DNA of 64,000 bases from Alphaproteobacteria bacterium (GCA_963667785.2 CAXXMU010000001.1:160001-224000), one strand, 5' to 3'. Shown: positions 10,856-20,324, counted from the first letter of the stretch. Numbers and translations: made by a program. Notes: generated by a model from the sequence alone, not told the origin.

Positions 10856-12177
10856 ACGAGATGCAACGCCTCAAGGCGCAGGGCGCAGAGCCCGCGCTGC
10901 CGACCGATTACGGCATCGAAACGCTCGCCGTCCACGCCGGCGCGCGTCCCGACCCGGTCACCGGCGCGCGGTCGACGCCCATCTACCAGACCACGTCGTT
11001 CGCCTTCGACGACGCCGACCACGCGGCCGAGCTCTTCAACCTGCAGACCTTCGGCTACATCTACTCGCGCATCACCAACCCGACGGTGGCAGTGCTCGAG
11101 GAGCGGGTCGCCGCGCTGGAGAACGGGCGCGGCGCCGTGGCGGCGGCGACCGGCCATGCGGCGCAGTTCCTGGTCGGCGCGACGCTGCTGGAGAGCGGGG
11201 ACGAGTTCATCTCGTCGAACAATCTCTACGGCGGCTCCGTCACCCAATTCGGCGTGAGCTTCAAGAAGCTCGGCTGGACCTGCCACTTCGTTGACATGAC
11301 CGAGCCCGAGAACGTCGAACGGGCGATGACCGACAAGGTGAAGTTCATCTTCTGCGAGGGGCTGGCCAATCCCGGCGGCATCGTCCTCGATCTCGAGGCG
11401 CTCGCCGAGGTCTCCAGGCGCCACGGCGTGCCGCTCATCGTCGACAACACGATGGCGTCGCCCTATCTCTGCCGGCCCTTCGACCACGGGGCCGATCTCG
11501 TGGTCCACTCCACCACCAAGTTCATCGGCGGGCACGGCAACACCATGGGCGGCATCGTCGTCGAATCCGGCCGCTTCGACTGGTGGCAGAACGACAAGTT
11601 CCCGAGCATGACGAAGCCGGACCCGGCCTATCACGGGCTGACCTTCGCCGAGACCTTCGGCGACTTCGGCTTCACCATGAAGATGCGCGCCGTGGCGCTG
11701 CGCGACTACGGCCCCTGCATGGCCGCGCAGGCTGCCTGGAACCTGCTGCAGGGGGTGGAGACGCTGCCGCTCCGCATGGAGCGTCACTGCGCGAACGCGC
11801 TCGCCGTCGCCCGCTATCTGGAGGCGCACTCCAAGGTGGCCTGGGTCTCCTACGCTGGCCTCGAGTCCAACCCCTTCCACGCGCTCGCCCAGAAATACCT
11901 GCCGCGCGGCGCCGGCGCCGTCTTCACCTTCGGCCTCAAGGGCGGCTACGACGCCGGCCTCAAGGTGGTCGACAAGGTCAACATGTTCTCGCACCTCGCC
12001 AATATCGGCGACACGCGAAGCCTCATCATCCACCCGGCCTCCACTACCCACCGCCAGCTCACCGACGAGCAGAAGACCAGGGCGGGCGCCGGGCCGGACG
12101 TGGTGCGGCTTTCGGTCGGCATCGAGAGCATCGACGACATCATCGGCGACCTCGACCAGGCCCTCGATCAGGCCTGA
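10852..12177 (+). CDS. metY: O-acetylhomoserine aminocarboxypropyltransferase
   Basis: TPIYQTTS, YSRITNPT, HSTTKF (PLP lysine), HLANIGDTRSLIIHPASTTH. Confidence 0.93.
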   Translation: MNEMQRLKAQGAEPALPTDYGIETLAVHAGARPDPVTGARSTPIYQTTSFAFDDADHAAELFNLQTFGYIYSRITNPTVAVLEERVAALENGRGAVAAATGHAAQFLVGATLLESGDEFISSNNLYGGSVTQFGVSFKKLGWTCHFVDMTEPENVERAMTDKVKFIFCEGLANPGGIVLDLEALAEVSRRHGVPLIVDNTMASPYLCRPFDHGADLVVHSTTKFIGGHGNTMGGIVVESGRFDWWQNDKFPSMTKPDPAYHGLTFAETFGDFGFTMKMRAVALRDYGPCMAAQAAWNLLQGVETLPLRMERHCANALAVARYLEAHSKVAWVSYAGLESNPFHALAQKYLPRGAGAVFTFGLKGGYDAGLKVVDKVNMFSHLANIGDTRSLIIHPASTTHRQLTDEQKTRAGAGPDVVRLSVGIESIDDIIGDLDQALDQA

Positions 12178-12198
12178 CGACCGGGCCTGCCGCGCGGG

Positions 12199-12942
12199 CT
12201 ACGGCTTGCGTGCAGGCTCCGCCGCTGCGCCCGCGCGATCACGGACGGCGAGCAGGCCGCGGCAGAGCGCGCCGTTGAACTCCATGGCGATGCGGACGCT
12301 GGCGAGCGTGCGCAGGTGCTCGTCGAACCCTGCGGCGTCGAGGGGCTCGCCGTCCGGCGTGACGAAGGCGGGCGCCTCGGGCGCCGCCGGGCCGCAGAGC
12401 CGGGCCCTCATCTCCAGGTAGCGGCGCTTGCAGCGGGCGCCGTCGGCGCCTGCGAGCGCGGTGCCCTCCAAAGCGCCGAGCGTCATCGCCGCGAGCGCGG
12501 CCGGGGTGACGTCCTCCGCCAGCAGGGCCCGCAGCAGCGCCTCCTGCCGCCGCTGGAACGCCTTCCGTCGGAAGGTCGTGCGCAAGTTCGCGAGGGTGTC
12601 GTCGTCTCCCGCCTCGCCGAAGGCGGCGCCGAATTCGAGGCCCGTCGCCACGCCCCGGTTGACCTCGTCGGCGCACATGTGCGCCTGCAGGCGCGGGGTC
12701 ACGGCCGTCACCCAGGGCAGCGCCGCGACCGCGTCGCGCATGTCCTCGGCCATCATGTAGGCGAAGTTCGCGGCGCACCAGAAGGTCGGCAGGCGGAAGT
12801 CGAGGGTCACGGCGCCGTCCGCGCCCACCGTCACCCCCTCCACGAAGCCGAGCTCGGTCACCGGCTCGTCGAGCTCCGGATCGGTGACGGTGGCCAGGCA
12901 GGCCAGCACCTCCGCCTCGCGTTCGGCCGCCTGCGTGCTCAC
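12199..12942 (-). CDS. DUF59/FeS-assembly (PaaD-like) protein
   Basis: DPELDEPVTELGF, RLPTFWCAANF, C-terminal EFNGALCRGLL. Confidence 0.85.
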   Translation of the reverse strand: MSTQAAEREAEVLACLATVTDPELDEPVTELGFVEGVTVGADGAVTLDFRLPTFWCAANFAYMMAEDMRDAVAALPWVTAVTPRLQAHMCADEVNRGVATGLEFGAAFGEAGDDDTLANLRTTFRRKAFQRRQEALLRALLAEDVTPAALAAMTLGALEGTALAGADGARCKRRYLEMRARLCGPAAPEAPAFVTPDGEPLDAAGFDEHLRTLASVRIAMEFNGALCRGLLAVRDRAGAAAEPARKP

Positions 12943-12988
12943 GACCGTGTCCCCGGAACGCGATCGCCAGCCGGTCGGCCGCCGGGGG

Positions 12989-13999
12989 CTAGCTGCCCGC
13001 CCCGTTCCAGAGCTTCGCCTTGGCCGCGTCGATGTCGATGTCGTAGAGCGCGGCCGCGTTGAGCCCGAGGATCTTCTTCTTCACCTCGGGCGTGAGGTCG
13101 ACGCCGCGCTCCTGCTTGATGTCGTCGGGCAGCTCGAAGCTCCAGAACTTCTCGACCAGCCACTTGGGCGTCCAGATGGCGTAGTCGCTGGCGAAGGTGA
13201 GCTTGTCCTCGCCCACCCAGAACAGCAGCTCGGCGATCACCTCCGCGAAGTAGCGCGGGCGGGCATGCATGAACGGCATGACGACCGCGAGCCCACCCCA
13301 GACGTTCGCTTCCTGCACGGCGATCCAGCAGAAGTCGTCCAGCCGCGGCAGCCCGACATGCTCGACGATGAAGTTGAGGTTGGGGAAGTCCGTCGCCGCG
13401 TAGTCCACGTCGTGGCAGTCGAAGGCGTCCTTGGCCAGCGGCGTGATGGTCGGTCCCTTGTGGACGTGCATGTTGGTGATGCCGAGCTTCTCGCAGAGCT
13501 CGAAGCAGCGGTAGGCCTCGGTGTCGTTGAGCCGCCAGCCGCGCGAGGCGCCGCGCCACTCGGCCGTGTAGAGCTTCACGCCCCGGATGCCGTAGGCCTC
13601 CTTCAGCGCGTGGATGTTCTCCAGCGCGGCCGTGCCCTCGCGCGGGTCGAACGAGCCGTTGAGGATGAAGCGGTCCGGGTGGGCCTCGGTGATGACGGCG
13701 TTCTGCTCCGTGGTGTTGAAGCCCTCGATGTAGAACTCCTTGAGGTAGGTCGGCTGGATGATCGCCATGTCGACCGGCCCGTCGACGAAGAGGTCGCGGA
13801 CCATGGTCTCCGCGTCGTACTTCTCGAATTTCTCCTGGGGCCAGACCTCCTGCTCGGGGCTGAGCGCGCTGTGATAGGCGTAGAAGCAGTCGATGAACTG
13901 CTTGCCGTGGATGTTGCGCTGGTTTGCCGGCGCGGCGTTCCAGAAATGGGTGTGCGCGTCGACGACGAACAGCTCCTCCCCGTCGCTGGTCCTGTACAT
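12989..13999 (-). CDS. Amidohydrolase family 2 protein (type seen with propane monooxygenase clusters)
   Basis: DAHTH, HVHKGP, EHVGLPR, FASDY; start MYRTSDG at 13999. Confidence 0.9.
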   Translation of the reverse strand: MYRTSDGEELFVVDAHTHFWNAAPANQRNIHGKQFIDCFYAYHSALSPEQEVWPQEKFEKYDAETMVRDLFVDGPVDMAIIQPTYLKEFYIEGFNTTEQNAVITEAHPDRFILNGSFDPREGTAALENIHALKEAYGIRGVKLYTAEWRGASRGWRLNDTEAYRCFELCEKLGITNMHVHKGPTITPLAKDAFDCHDVDYAATDFPNLNFIVEHVGLPRLDDFCWIAVQEANVWGGLAVVMPFMHARPRYFAEVIAELLFWVGEDKLTFASDYAIWTPKWLVEKFWSFELPDDIKQERGVDLTPEVKKKILGLNAAALYDIDIDAAKAKLWNGAGS

Positions 14000-14066
14000 C
14001 ACCTGCTCCCTTCGGCTGCGACCGAGGGCGAGGGTAGCCGGGCGGGCGCCAAACACAAGCCGCTAT

Positions 14067-14071
14067 GCGAC
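14067..14071 (+). repeat. 5-bp target site duplication GCGAC (left copy)
   Basis: Identical GCGAC directly follows the right terminus; a 5-bp TSD is the Mu hallmark. Confidence 0.92.
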
Positions 14072-14150
14072 TGTAGGCGCGCAAAAGTCGGGCGGAATCG
14101 GCGCAAATGTCGCTGGGAATCGGCTGGAAAATCGGTCCGGAATCGGGGCT
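14072..14150 (+). repeat. Prophage terminus with putative transposase-binding repeats
   Basis: TGTAGGCGCGCAAAAGTCGGGCGGAATCG matches the reverse complement of the other end at 23/29; GGAATCGG repeats with GAATC at 14095, 14117, 14140 (22-23 bp period). Confidence 0.88.
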
Positions 14151-14182
14151 GAAACGGCCGGGAAATGGGGCGTGCGGTCACC

Positions 14183-15376
14183 CTAGAACAGGGGTATCAG
14201 CCGCACCCGGCCTGTCGTGCCCGGTGTGCCGTCGGAGCCGGCGGTCTGATCCTGACCTCCCGGCGCGGCGGCGCCGCCGTCGCCCGCGTCGCCGCCGGCA
14301 CCGACCGTGAGCGCAATCACGGTCCCTTTCTGCACGTTGTCCAGCCACCGAATGACGATATGGCCATCTCCTCCATCGCCTCCCGCATAAGCCGGAGTTT
14401 GCGGTTCGCCATTCGGCGCACCGGCACTGTTGGACGCACCCGCGGCGCCACCGTCACCACCCGACCGCTCGGCATCGCCGCCATCACCGTCGGCGCTGGG
14501 GCCAACGCTGGAACGTGGATCGCCGAAGTACCGCCCGCCGTCTCCGCCTCCGCCGGGGTCGCCTCCCTGAGCGGTGGAGGTCGTCCCGGCATGAGTCACC
14601 GAGCTCGAGCCGCCCGCGCTGCCGTCAGTTCCGTCCACCCCGCCGTGGCTCCCCGTTCCGCCGCCACCGCCGCCACCGCCGCCGCCGCCGCCGCCTTCAA
14701 TGATCGCCAGCCCCTTCGACGTGTTCCACTCCCACGTGTAGTTGTGGGCGCCAGCGGTCGTGAACTCCCGACTGCTAGCGCCCCCGAAAAAATCCCGCAG
14801 GAGCGCTCCCGTCGCGCCGCCGATGGCCAGCCACTCCGATCCGGTCCATTTGAGGATGACGGCCTCGTACTGCTCCTTGAGGCTGTAGGTGGCGGCCCCG
14901 TTCAGGGTGTCGTTGCCGTTCCCGTCGATCGTCACGGCGTTGGCCGAATTGTCGCTCTTCAGCACCGTGACGGTGAAGCCGTCGTCGCCGGCGCCGAGGT
15001 CGGGGAGGGTGACAGTGCGGGCCCCCCCGCTGGCGTCCACCTCGATGGTCTTGCCGTCGTCGCCGGCGACGACCGCGTAGTTGGCGTTCTTGGCGTCCAC
15101 CGCCGCCGTGACGCCGCCCTGGGCGGCGTCGGCCTTGGCGACGTACTTCGCGCGCAGCGCGTCCCTGACCTGGGTGAGCACCGCCTTGTCGGGCGTGAGC
15201 CCGGCGTCCTCGATGACGGCTTCGAGCTCCTTGAAGAGCTGATAGAAGGCGAAGGCGCCGATCACCGTCGCAGCGATGCCCTGCGGGACGTTGCCCTCCG
15301 TGGGGTTGCCCTCGCTCGCCGCGCTGTCGGCGGCGGGCGCGGCCTGTACCGCGCCGGACTTGTAAGCCTGTTTCAT
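14183..15376 (-). CDS. Tail fiber protein with glycine-rich C-terminus
   Basis: Mu gpS-like N-terminus (ELEAVIEDAGLTPDKAVLTQVRDAL), Gly-rich distal domain, last gene of the tail arm. Confidence 0.8.
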   Translation of the reverse strand: MKQAYKSGAVQAAPAADSAASEGNPTEGNVPQGIAATVIGAFAFYQLFKELEAVIEDAGLTPDKAVLTQVRDALRAKYVAKADAAQGGVTAAVDAKNANYAVVAGDDGKTIEVDASGGARTVTLPDLGAGDDGFTVTVLKSDNSANAVTIDGNGNDTLNGAATYSLKEQYEAVILKWTGSEWLAIGGATGALLRDFFGGASSREFTTAGAHNYTWEWNTSKGLAIIEGGGGGGGGGGGGGTGSHGGVDGTDGSAGGSSSVTHAGTTSTAQGGDPGGGGDGGRYFGDPRSSVGPSADGDGGDAERSGGDGGAAGASNSAGAPNGEPQTPAYAGGDGGDGHIVIRWLDNVQKGTVIALTVGAGGDAGDGGAAAPGGQDQTAGSDGTPGTTGRVRLIPLF

Positions 15377-15390
15377 CGGTGGGTAACTCC

Positions 15391-15576
15391 CTACTCTTCC
15401 GCCCCGGCCTGGCACCCGGTCCCGGCGCTGCACTCGCAGAGCTGCACCTCGATCCACCGGCCGCCGTGCGAGACCTCGTACTTGATCTCCTCGGCGAGGG
15501 CCTCCTCCGGCTTCATGCCGGCCTCGATCGCCGCTGCGACGGCCGGGACCTTGAGCTTGCAGTGACCCTTTCCCAT
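15391..15576 (-). CDS. Small hypothetical protein between fiber genes
   Basis: 61-aa ORF exactly filling the gap, same strand. Confidence 0.6.
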   Translation of the reverse strand: MGKGHCKLKVPAVAAAIEAGMKPEEALAEEIKYEVSHGGRWIEVQLCECSAGTGCQAGAEE

Positions 15577-15577
15577 A

Positions 15578-17074
15578 TCAGTACCTCGCCAGGCTTCCGC
15601 CGTGGGCGATCACGATGGAATCGCCCGCCGGCAGCGTGATGGCCGCGCCGTCCGCCTGCGTCGCGACCTTGAGCTTCGCGTCATGGCCGGCGCCGGTCGA
15701 CTCGTTGCGGAACACCAGCATCCCGACCGGCCTGTCGGCCGGGACGGAGAGGATTCGGTCCCCCGTCTTCGCCCCGGTGAGGCGCACGAGGTCGTAGCCG
15801 AGCTCCTCCGCCGTGAGCGCCAGCGCTCCGGAGCCGGCGATGTCCTTGTCGAGGCGCCCGGTATTGAGGGCCGCCTTGGCCTTGGCTCTCTTCGCCGCCG
15901 TGCTGGTCCAGGACGCGTCCGTGTCGTTCCCGGCCGCCGTCCACAGGTCTCCTTCGCTGCCCCGCCCCTTCCCGGCGACGGTTACGGCCCACGCCCGGAT
16001 GGCCTGGCGCACCAGCTCGCCGCGATGGATGTCCGCGCCGTCGAGGCTGATCGCGAAAGTGCTGTCGTTCGCCGGCTTCACGCCGTCGACGACGAGATAA
16101 TCGAAGGTGTACTGGATCGCGTTGGCGAACGTCGACTTGCTGATGTTCCCGCTCGGCACCACGCGCCAGGTGCCGAGCTCCAGCCAGGTGGTCGTGTGGA
16201 TCACGCGGTCGATGTCGGCGATGTCGGCATCCGCGCCGGTCTTCGGCAGCCGGATGAAGAGACCGCCCGTGCCGGAGCCGTTGTCCTGCACCTGGTAGGT
16301 TCCCGAGGCGCTCAGCTTTATCGTGAAGGTGCCATCCAGCGTCACGCTCTCGTTGATACCCTGGATCTCGTGGCGCGTCGCGTCGGTGGCGTTCGAGCCA
16401 TCGGCGCGCAACCATGGCGGGTCGCTGATCGCCCCGTAGGGGAGGTCCAGGTCGAGATCGGACGGCTCTTCGGCAGACAGGCGCCAGACGTAGCCGTTGG
16501 CACCCTGCGGAAGGGTGGCCAGGTTCCCCTCGATCGCCACGGTGATAGCTATGTACCAGTAGGCGCCGATCCCCGCGCCCACCTTGGTGGCGACGCCCGT
16601 GACCGTGAACTTCGGATAGTTCGCCGCGTCCGGCGGCGAGGCGCTGTGGGCGTTCAGGATTCCCGCCATGTCGTCTGCGGTGACGGTGTGGGTCGGCAGC
16701 GGGGGCCAGTCGGTGTTCCCCGGAATCTTCGCCCACATGGTCTCCGAGACGATCAGCGTCCGGTCGCCGGCCTGGATCGAGCGGACGCTGTCGTAGATCT
16801 CGGCCTGCGTCGGTGCCGCGCTGCCGTCGCCGGATGCTATCGCCCAGGCGTACCGCTTGTCCGTCTGCCCCGCCTGCAGCAGCAGCTCGTTGTAGGCCGA
16901 GGCGTAGAAATCGCCCTCGTGGCCCTCCAGGTCGGTGCGCTTCACCAGCGCCAAGTACATGTCGGCGACGGTGCGCGTCACGGGCGGCGCGACGGACGGC
17001 GACGGCGGGAAGACCGCGACCAGGTCGGTGAACGCCGGCGGCCCTGCGGTCGGTTGCTGCGGAATGTCGGGCAT
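15578..17074 (-). CDS. Putative second tail fiber / adhesin-like virion protein
   Basis: 498 aa after gp48; C-terminal LALTAEE...LTGAKTGDR.LSVP...NESTG module resembles fiber domains. Confidence 0.6.
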   Translation of the reverse strand: MPDIPQQPTAGPPAFTDLVAVFPPSPSVAPPVTRTVADMYLALVKRTDLEGHEGDFYASAYNELLLQAGQTDKRYAWAIASGDGSAAPTQAEIYDSVRSIQAGDRTLIVSETMWAKIPGNTDWPPLPTHTVTADDMAGILNAHSASPPDAANYPKFTVTGVATKVGAGIGAYWYIAITVAIEGNLATLPQGANGYVWRLSAEEPSDLDLDLPYGAISDPPWLRADGSNATDATRHEIQGINESVTLDGTFTIKLSASGTYQVQDNGSGTGGLFIRLPKTGADADIADIDRVIHTTTWLELGTWRVVPSGNISKSTFANAIQYTFDYLVVDGVKPANDSTFAISLDGADIHRGELVRQAIRAWAVTVAGKGRGSEGDLWTAAGNDTDASWTSTAAKRAKAKAALNTGRLDKDIAGSGALALTAEELGYDLVRLTGAKTGDRILSVPADRPVGMLVFRNESTGAGHDAKLKVATQADGAAITLPAGDSIVIAHGGSLARY

Positions 17075-17096
17075 CGCTACGGTGCTCCGGGCCTCG

Positions 17097-17777
17097 TCAT
17101 GCGCCGGGCCATCCGAGGGGGTCGCCGTGCCACGTCAGCGGCTGGCCGAGCCAGGTGAGGACCTCCGGCGCCTGGAAGTAGCCGATCACCAGCAGGGTGT
17201 GCGCCGGCACCAGCTCGCGGAGCCGGCAGATGAACTCGTTCGGGAAGGCCCCGTCGTAGCGGCAGAGCGGGGTCAGCACGTCCGAGAGAGTGTCGAAATA
17301 GCGGAAGCGGGCGATCGTGCCGATATCGACGTACCAGACAAAGCGCCACTTGCCGCCGGTCAGGTCGAGCGTGGTGCCCGTCACGGCGGCCTCGGAGGCC
17401 GGCTCCCGCACCCGCAGCCTGTAGCCCCAGCGCCGCCCGAGGGCGACGATGTCATGCGGGCTCACCCCGAGGAGGCTGACCACCTTGCCGACCACGGCGG
17501 CGCGGCGGTGGCCGATCGTCTCGGAGAGGTCCGAGCAGGCGTCGGGGAGGCCGACGAGGCGCTCCCAGTCGGGGAGGAGGTGGAACGCGCCGGACGGCAC
17601 CGATTCCCCGAGCACGCCCATGCCGCCGCCGTCGACCGCCAGGAACTCGCCGGCGAGCGCGTCCAGGAGGCGGTCGAGCGTCGTGCCGGCCTGCTTCGGC
17701 CACGCCTCGCCCTGCGGCAGGAGGCCGTGCAGGTTCTCCCTGTAGTCCTTGCGGGTGGCGGGCGCGAGCGCGGTCAA
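17097..17777 (-). CDS. Baseplate protein Mu gp48 / YmfQ (DUF2313)
   Basis: LLPQGEAW, LLPDWERLVGLPD, PAHT; TTG start overlapping the gp47 stop. Confidence 0.88.
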   Translation of the reverse strand: MTALAPATRKDYRENLHGLLPQGEAWPKQAGTTLDRLLDALAGEFLAVDGGGMGVLGESVPSGAFHLLPDWERLVGLPDACSDLSETIGHRRAAVVGKVVSLLGVSPHDIVALGRRWGYRLRVREPASEAAVTGTTLDLTGGKWRFVWYVDIGTIARFRYFDTLSDVLTPLCRYDGAFPNEFICRLRELVPAHTLLVIGYFQAPEVLTWLGQPLTWHGDPLGWPGA

Positions 17778-18922
17778 TTGCCCGTCCAGGTGATGACGCC
17801 GGGCACCGGGATGACGTTGGCGGCGTAGACGATGTCGGCCGGCGAAGCGCCCTCGATCAGGGTGATCTCGTGATCCGCCTCGCCCTCGGCGGTCGAGATC
17901 GCCTCCCGCACGTGGCTGGCGAGGATGGTGCCGCCGGGCTCGCCCTCGCGGCGCAGGAGGTCCGCGATCTCCGCCTCGATCGCGGCGCGGACGGCGGGCG
18001 TATCGGGCGTGAGCGCGTTGATGGTCAGGTCGACGGGCGATGCGGTGAGCGGCTCGACGGCGTTCCCCTGCGCATCCTCGCCTTGCGCGTTGACGAACAC
18101 GCGCGCCGTGACGGGGCGGCGGTTGTCCGCGATGAGGTAGGTCTTGACGGTGGCCAGCGTCGCGGCGCTCGGAATCCCGGTGGCCGTGGCGTCGTCGGTC
18201 ATAAAGTAGACCACCACGGTGCCCAGCGTCCCCGCCTTCACCGGGTTCGACGCCGCGTTGGCGCCCAGCGGGCGGCACCAGGCCCGCGTCACGTCGGCGT
18301 GGGCCGCGAGCGCCCAGAGGACGTAGTCGTCCTCGGCGCCGCCCTTGGGCGGCGTCCTGCGGCGCAGGAGGAGGCGGCGCAGCACCGAATCGACGCTCTC
18401 GCGGTCGGCGCCGCCTGCGATCGCGCCCGAGGCGGCCGCCTCGGAGACGACGCCGGCGATCGGGGCGACGAGCGAGACCTTGGTGCCGTCCGCCGCGTTT
18501 CCCGCGGCGCCGGCGGCCACGGCCTGGACGGCGACGTCGGCCGCGCCGGCCGCGATCGCCGCGGCGGCGGTGGAGCGGTACTGGACGCGGGCACCGGCCT
18601 GCCAGACCGTCCCCTTCGGGATCGCGGTGCCCGTGGTGCCGGTCACCGCGATCGTGCCGGTGGCCACGGTCGCGGGGATCGGCTCGATGCCCCACTCGGC
18701 CGCGCGGCGGAGCACGTTCTCGGCGTCCGCCGTGTCGTCGAAGATCTGGTCGGCGATCCAGGCGAGGGAGCCCCAGAGCTCGTGCTGGCCGCCGGCGACG
18801 CCCCGCGCGAGCGCGCCCAGGTAAGAGTAGACCAGGAGCGGGTCGGTGCCCTTGAGGCGGCTCTCGATATCGGCGATCAGCCGCCGGTCGATCTCGGCGA
18901 GCGTGGGGCGCGGATAGGGCAT
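17774..18922 (-). CDS. Baseplate J / Mu gp47
   Basis: MPYPRPTL, GGADRES, PPKGGAEDDYVLWAL. Confidence 0.93.
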   Translation of the reverse strand: MPYPRPTLAEIDRRLIADIESRLKGTDPLLVYSYLGALARGVAGGQHELWGSLAWIADQIFDDTADAENVLRRAAEWGIEPIPATVATGTIAVTGTTGTAIPKGTVWQAGARVQYRSTAAAAIAAGAADVAVQAVAAGAAGNAADGTKVSLVAPIAGVVSEAAASGAIAGGADRESVDSVLRRLLLRRRTPPKGGAEDDYVLWALAAHADVTRAWCRPLGANAASNPVKAGTLGTVVVYFMTDDATATGIPSAATLATVKTYLIADNRRPVTARVFVNAQGEDAQGNAVEPLTASPVDLTINALTPDTPAVRAAIEAEIADLLRREGEPGGTILASHVREAISTAEGEADHEITLIEGASPADIVYAANVIPVPGVITWTGN

Positions 18923-19372
18923 TTACGCGGCCCTCAACACGTCCTGAAACTGCCATTCACGGGACGTTCCGTCCCGCAGATCGATCGTGATGCCCAGCGC
19001 GAGCAGCTCGCCGAGCCACGCGGCCGCGACGTGCACCGCGCCGGCGGCGCCGACGTCGACCAGCCACGCGAGCGCCTCCTCGGCATAGGCCCGCGCCCGC
19101 TGCAGGACCTCCGGCGTGCGCTTCTCCCGGCGCAGCAGCCAGAGGCGGGAGCCGCGCAGGGCGCCCGCGTCCCGGTTGAGCACGTCTCCCCACCAGCCGC
19201 GGCGGTCGCTCTCGCCGGGCGGGAGCTCCTCGGGCTCCACGCGCCGGTCGGTGAAGAGGCTCACGATCACGGCCGTCTGCAGGCCGTCGCCGTCGATCGC
19301 GAGGTCGGGGGCGGCCACGCGGAGGTCGAGCAGCCGCCCCGTGCCGTCCCAGGCGAGGAGGAGATCGCTCAC
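18923..19372 (-). CDS. Mu gp46 family baseplate protein
   Basis: LQTAVIVSLFTDRR, RRGWWGD, GSRLWLL, YAEEALAWLV. Confidence 0.93.
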   Translation of the reverse strand: MSDLLLAWDGTGRLLDLRVAAPDLAIDGDGLQTAVIVSLFTDRRVEPEELPPGESDRRGWWGDVLNRDAGALRGSRLWLLRREKRTPEVLQRARAYAEEALAWLVDVGAAGAVHVAAAWLGELLALGITIDLRDGTSREWQFQDVLRAA

Positions 19373-19375
19373 GGC

Positions 19376-19672
19376 CTACCCTCCCGCCGTCACGTCGGGG
19401 CTGCCCTGGGCGACGCTGGTGCAGCCGGTGATCGCGTCCCCCACGCGGCCGATCCCCTTGCCGTTCACGGTCACGCTGCCGCTGCCCGCCGCGATCGGCG
19501 CGCTGTGGCCGGGGCAGGGCGGGATGTTGGGCGGCCGCAGGTGCGCCGTGTTGTTGTCGCCGGCGCGCGAGACCGCCTCGCCGTTCGCGGTCACGTTCGC
19601 GCTCCCCTGCGCCCGCGTCATGCCGGAGCAGTGGGGCACGTCTGCATCGCCCACGCGCGTCACCGCCGGCAT
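19376..19672 (-). CDS. PAAR-domain spike tip protein (T4 gp5.4-like)
   Basis: MPAVTRVGDAD.HC, VSRAGD, IGRVGD: three PAAR-like repeats with His/Cys ligands. Confidence 0.88.
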   Translation of the reverse strand: MPAVTRVGDADVPHCSGMTRAQGSANVTANGEAVSRAGDNNTAHLRPPNIPPCPGHSAPIAAGSGSVTVNGKGIGRVGDAITGCTSVAQGSPDVTAGG

Positions 19673-19866
19673 CGGGAGAGCGCCTCCTGGAGCCTGGCGT
19701 CGAAGCCGCCCATCATCTCGTGATCCTCGGCCGAGTGCGGCGGCTCGGGGTAGTCCGGCACGAACGCGACGAGGCGGTCCATCCGCTCCGGCAGGTCGTC
19801 CCAATGGGTGCCGTGGCGGAGCTGGCCCTCGGTATCGACCCAGCTGTAGCGGCCCTGGCCATTCAA
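19660..19866 (-). CDS. Small PAAR-adjacent protein
   Basis: WDDLPERMDRLVAFVPDYPEPPHSAEDH; overlaps both neighbours. Confidence 0.7.
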   Translation of the reverse strand: MNGQGRYSWVDTEGQLRHGTHWDDLPERMDRLVAFVPDYPEPPHSAEDHEMMGGFDARLQEALSRCRR

Positions 19867-20324
19867 TCGTTCAGCCCTATGTGCGGCGAATCGAGCAGGA
19901 TGTCGGTGTCGGTCATCACGATGGACGACCGGCCGCACCTGAGCTCGATGCGCGGCCCCCGCTTCAGGGCGATCCGGCAGGGGACGGCCGCCGTGTTCTC
20001 GTTCGTGTAGAGGACCACCTCGCCCTCCAGGAGCCCCGTGGGCCGGTAGCGGCGGTCGTCGACCGCGATGACGATCGGATGCTGGCGGACTCCGCCGGGG
20101 CAGACCACGACCGCCTCCGCGCCGGGCTCGGGATGCGAGCTGAAGCCATACTCCTGGAAGCGCTCGGCGCGGTCGATCGTCTCGGAGCGCAGCGCGCTCA
20201 GCTGCACCACCTGCAGCCTGGGATCGTCGTCGACCAGGGTGAGCACGGCGCGGCCGACCATGAGCATGACGCGGCGCCGGAGCGGCAGCATCAGGCGCTC
20301 CGCGGCCTGCCTCAGCCCCGTCAC
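19863..20324 (-). CDS. Baseplate spike, Mu gp45 family (short)
   Basis: ERFQEYGFSSHP, IAVDDRRYRP, GEVVLY; ends HIGLND. Confidence 0.9.
   Translation of the reverse strand: MTGLRQAAERLMLPLRRRVMLMVGRAVLTLVDDDPRLQVVQLSALRSETIDRAERFQEYGFSSHPEPGAEAVVVCPGGVRQHPIVIAVDDRRYRPTGLLEGEVVLYTNENTAAVPCRIALKRGPRIELRCGRSSIVMTDTDILLDSPHIGLND

Noticed and set aside
14640-14700. GCC/CCG microsatellite-like run
   Set aside because: Encodes the poly-Gly stretch of the tail fiber; ordinary for this domain
14183-17074. Diversity-generating retroelement or invertible G segment at the fiber genes
   Set aside because: No reverse transcriptase, template/variable repeat pair or serine invertase seen
18956-18980. TTCACGGGAC-GTTCC-GTCCCG resembling the late palindrome
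   Set aside because: Inside the gp46 coding sequence, spacer one base longer and second half degenerate; probably chance, though a weak internal site cannot be excluded
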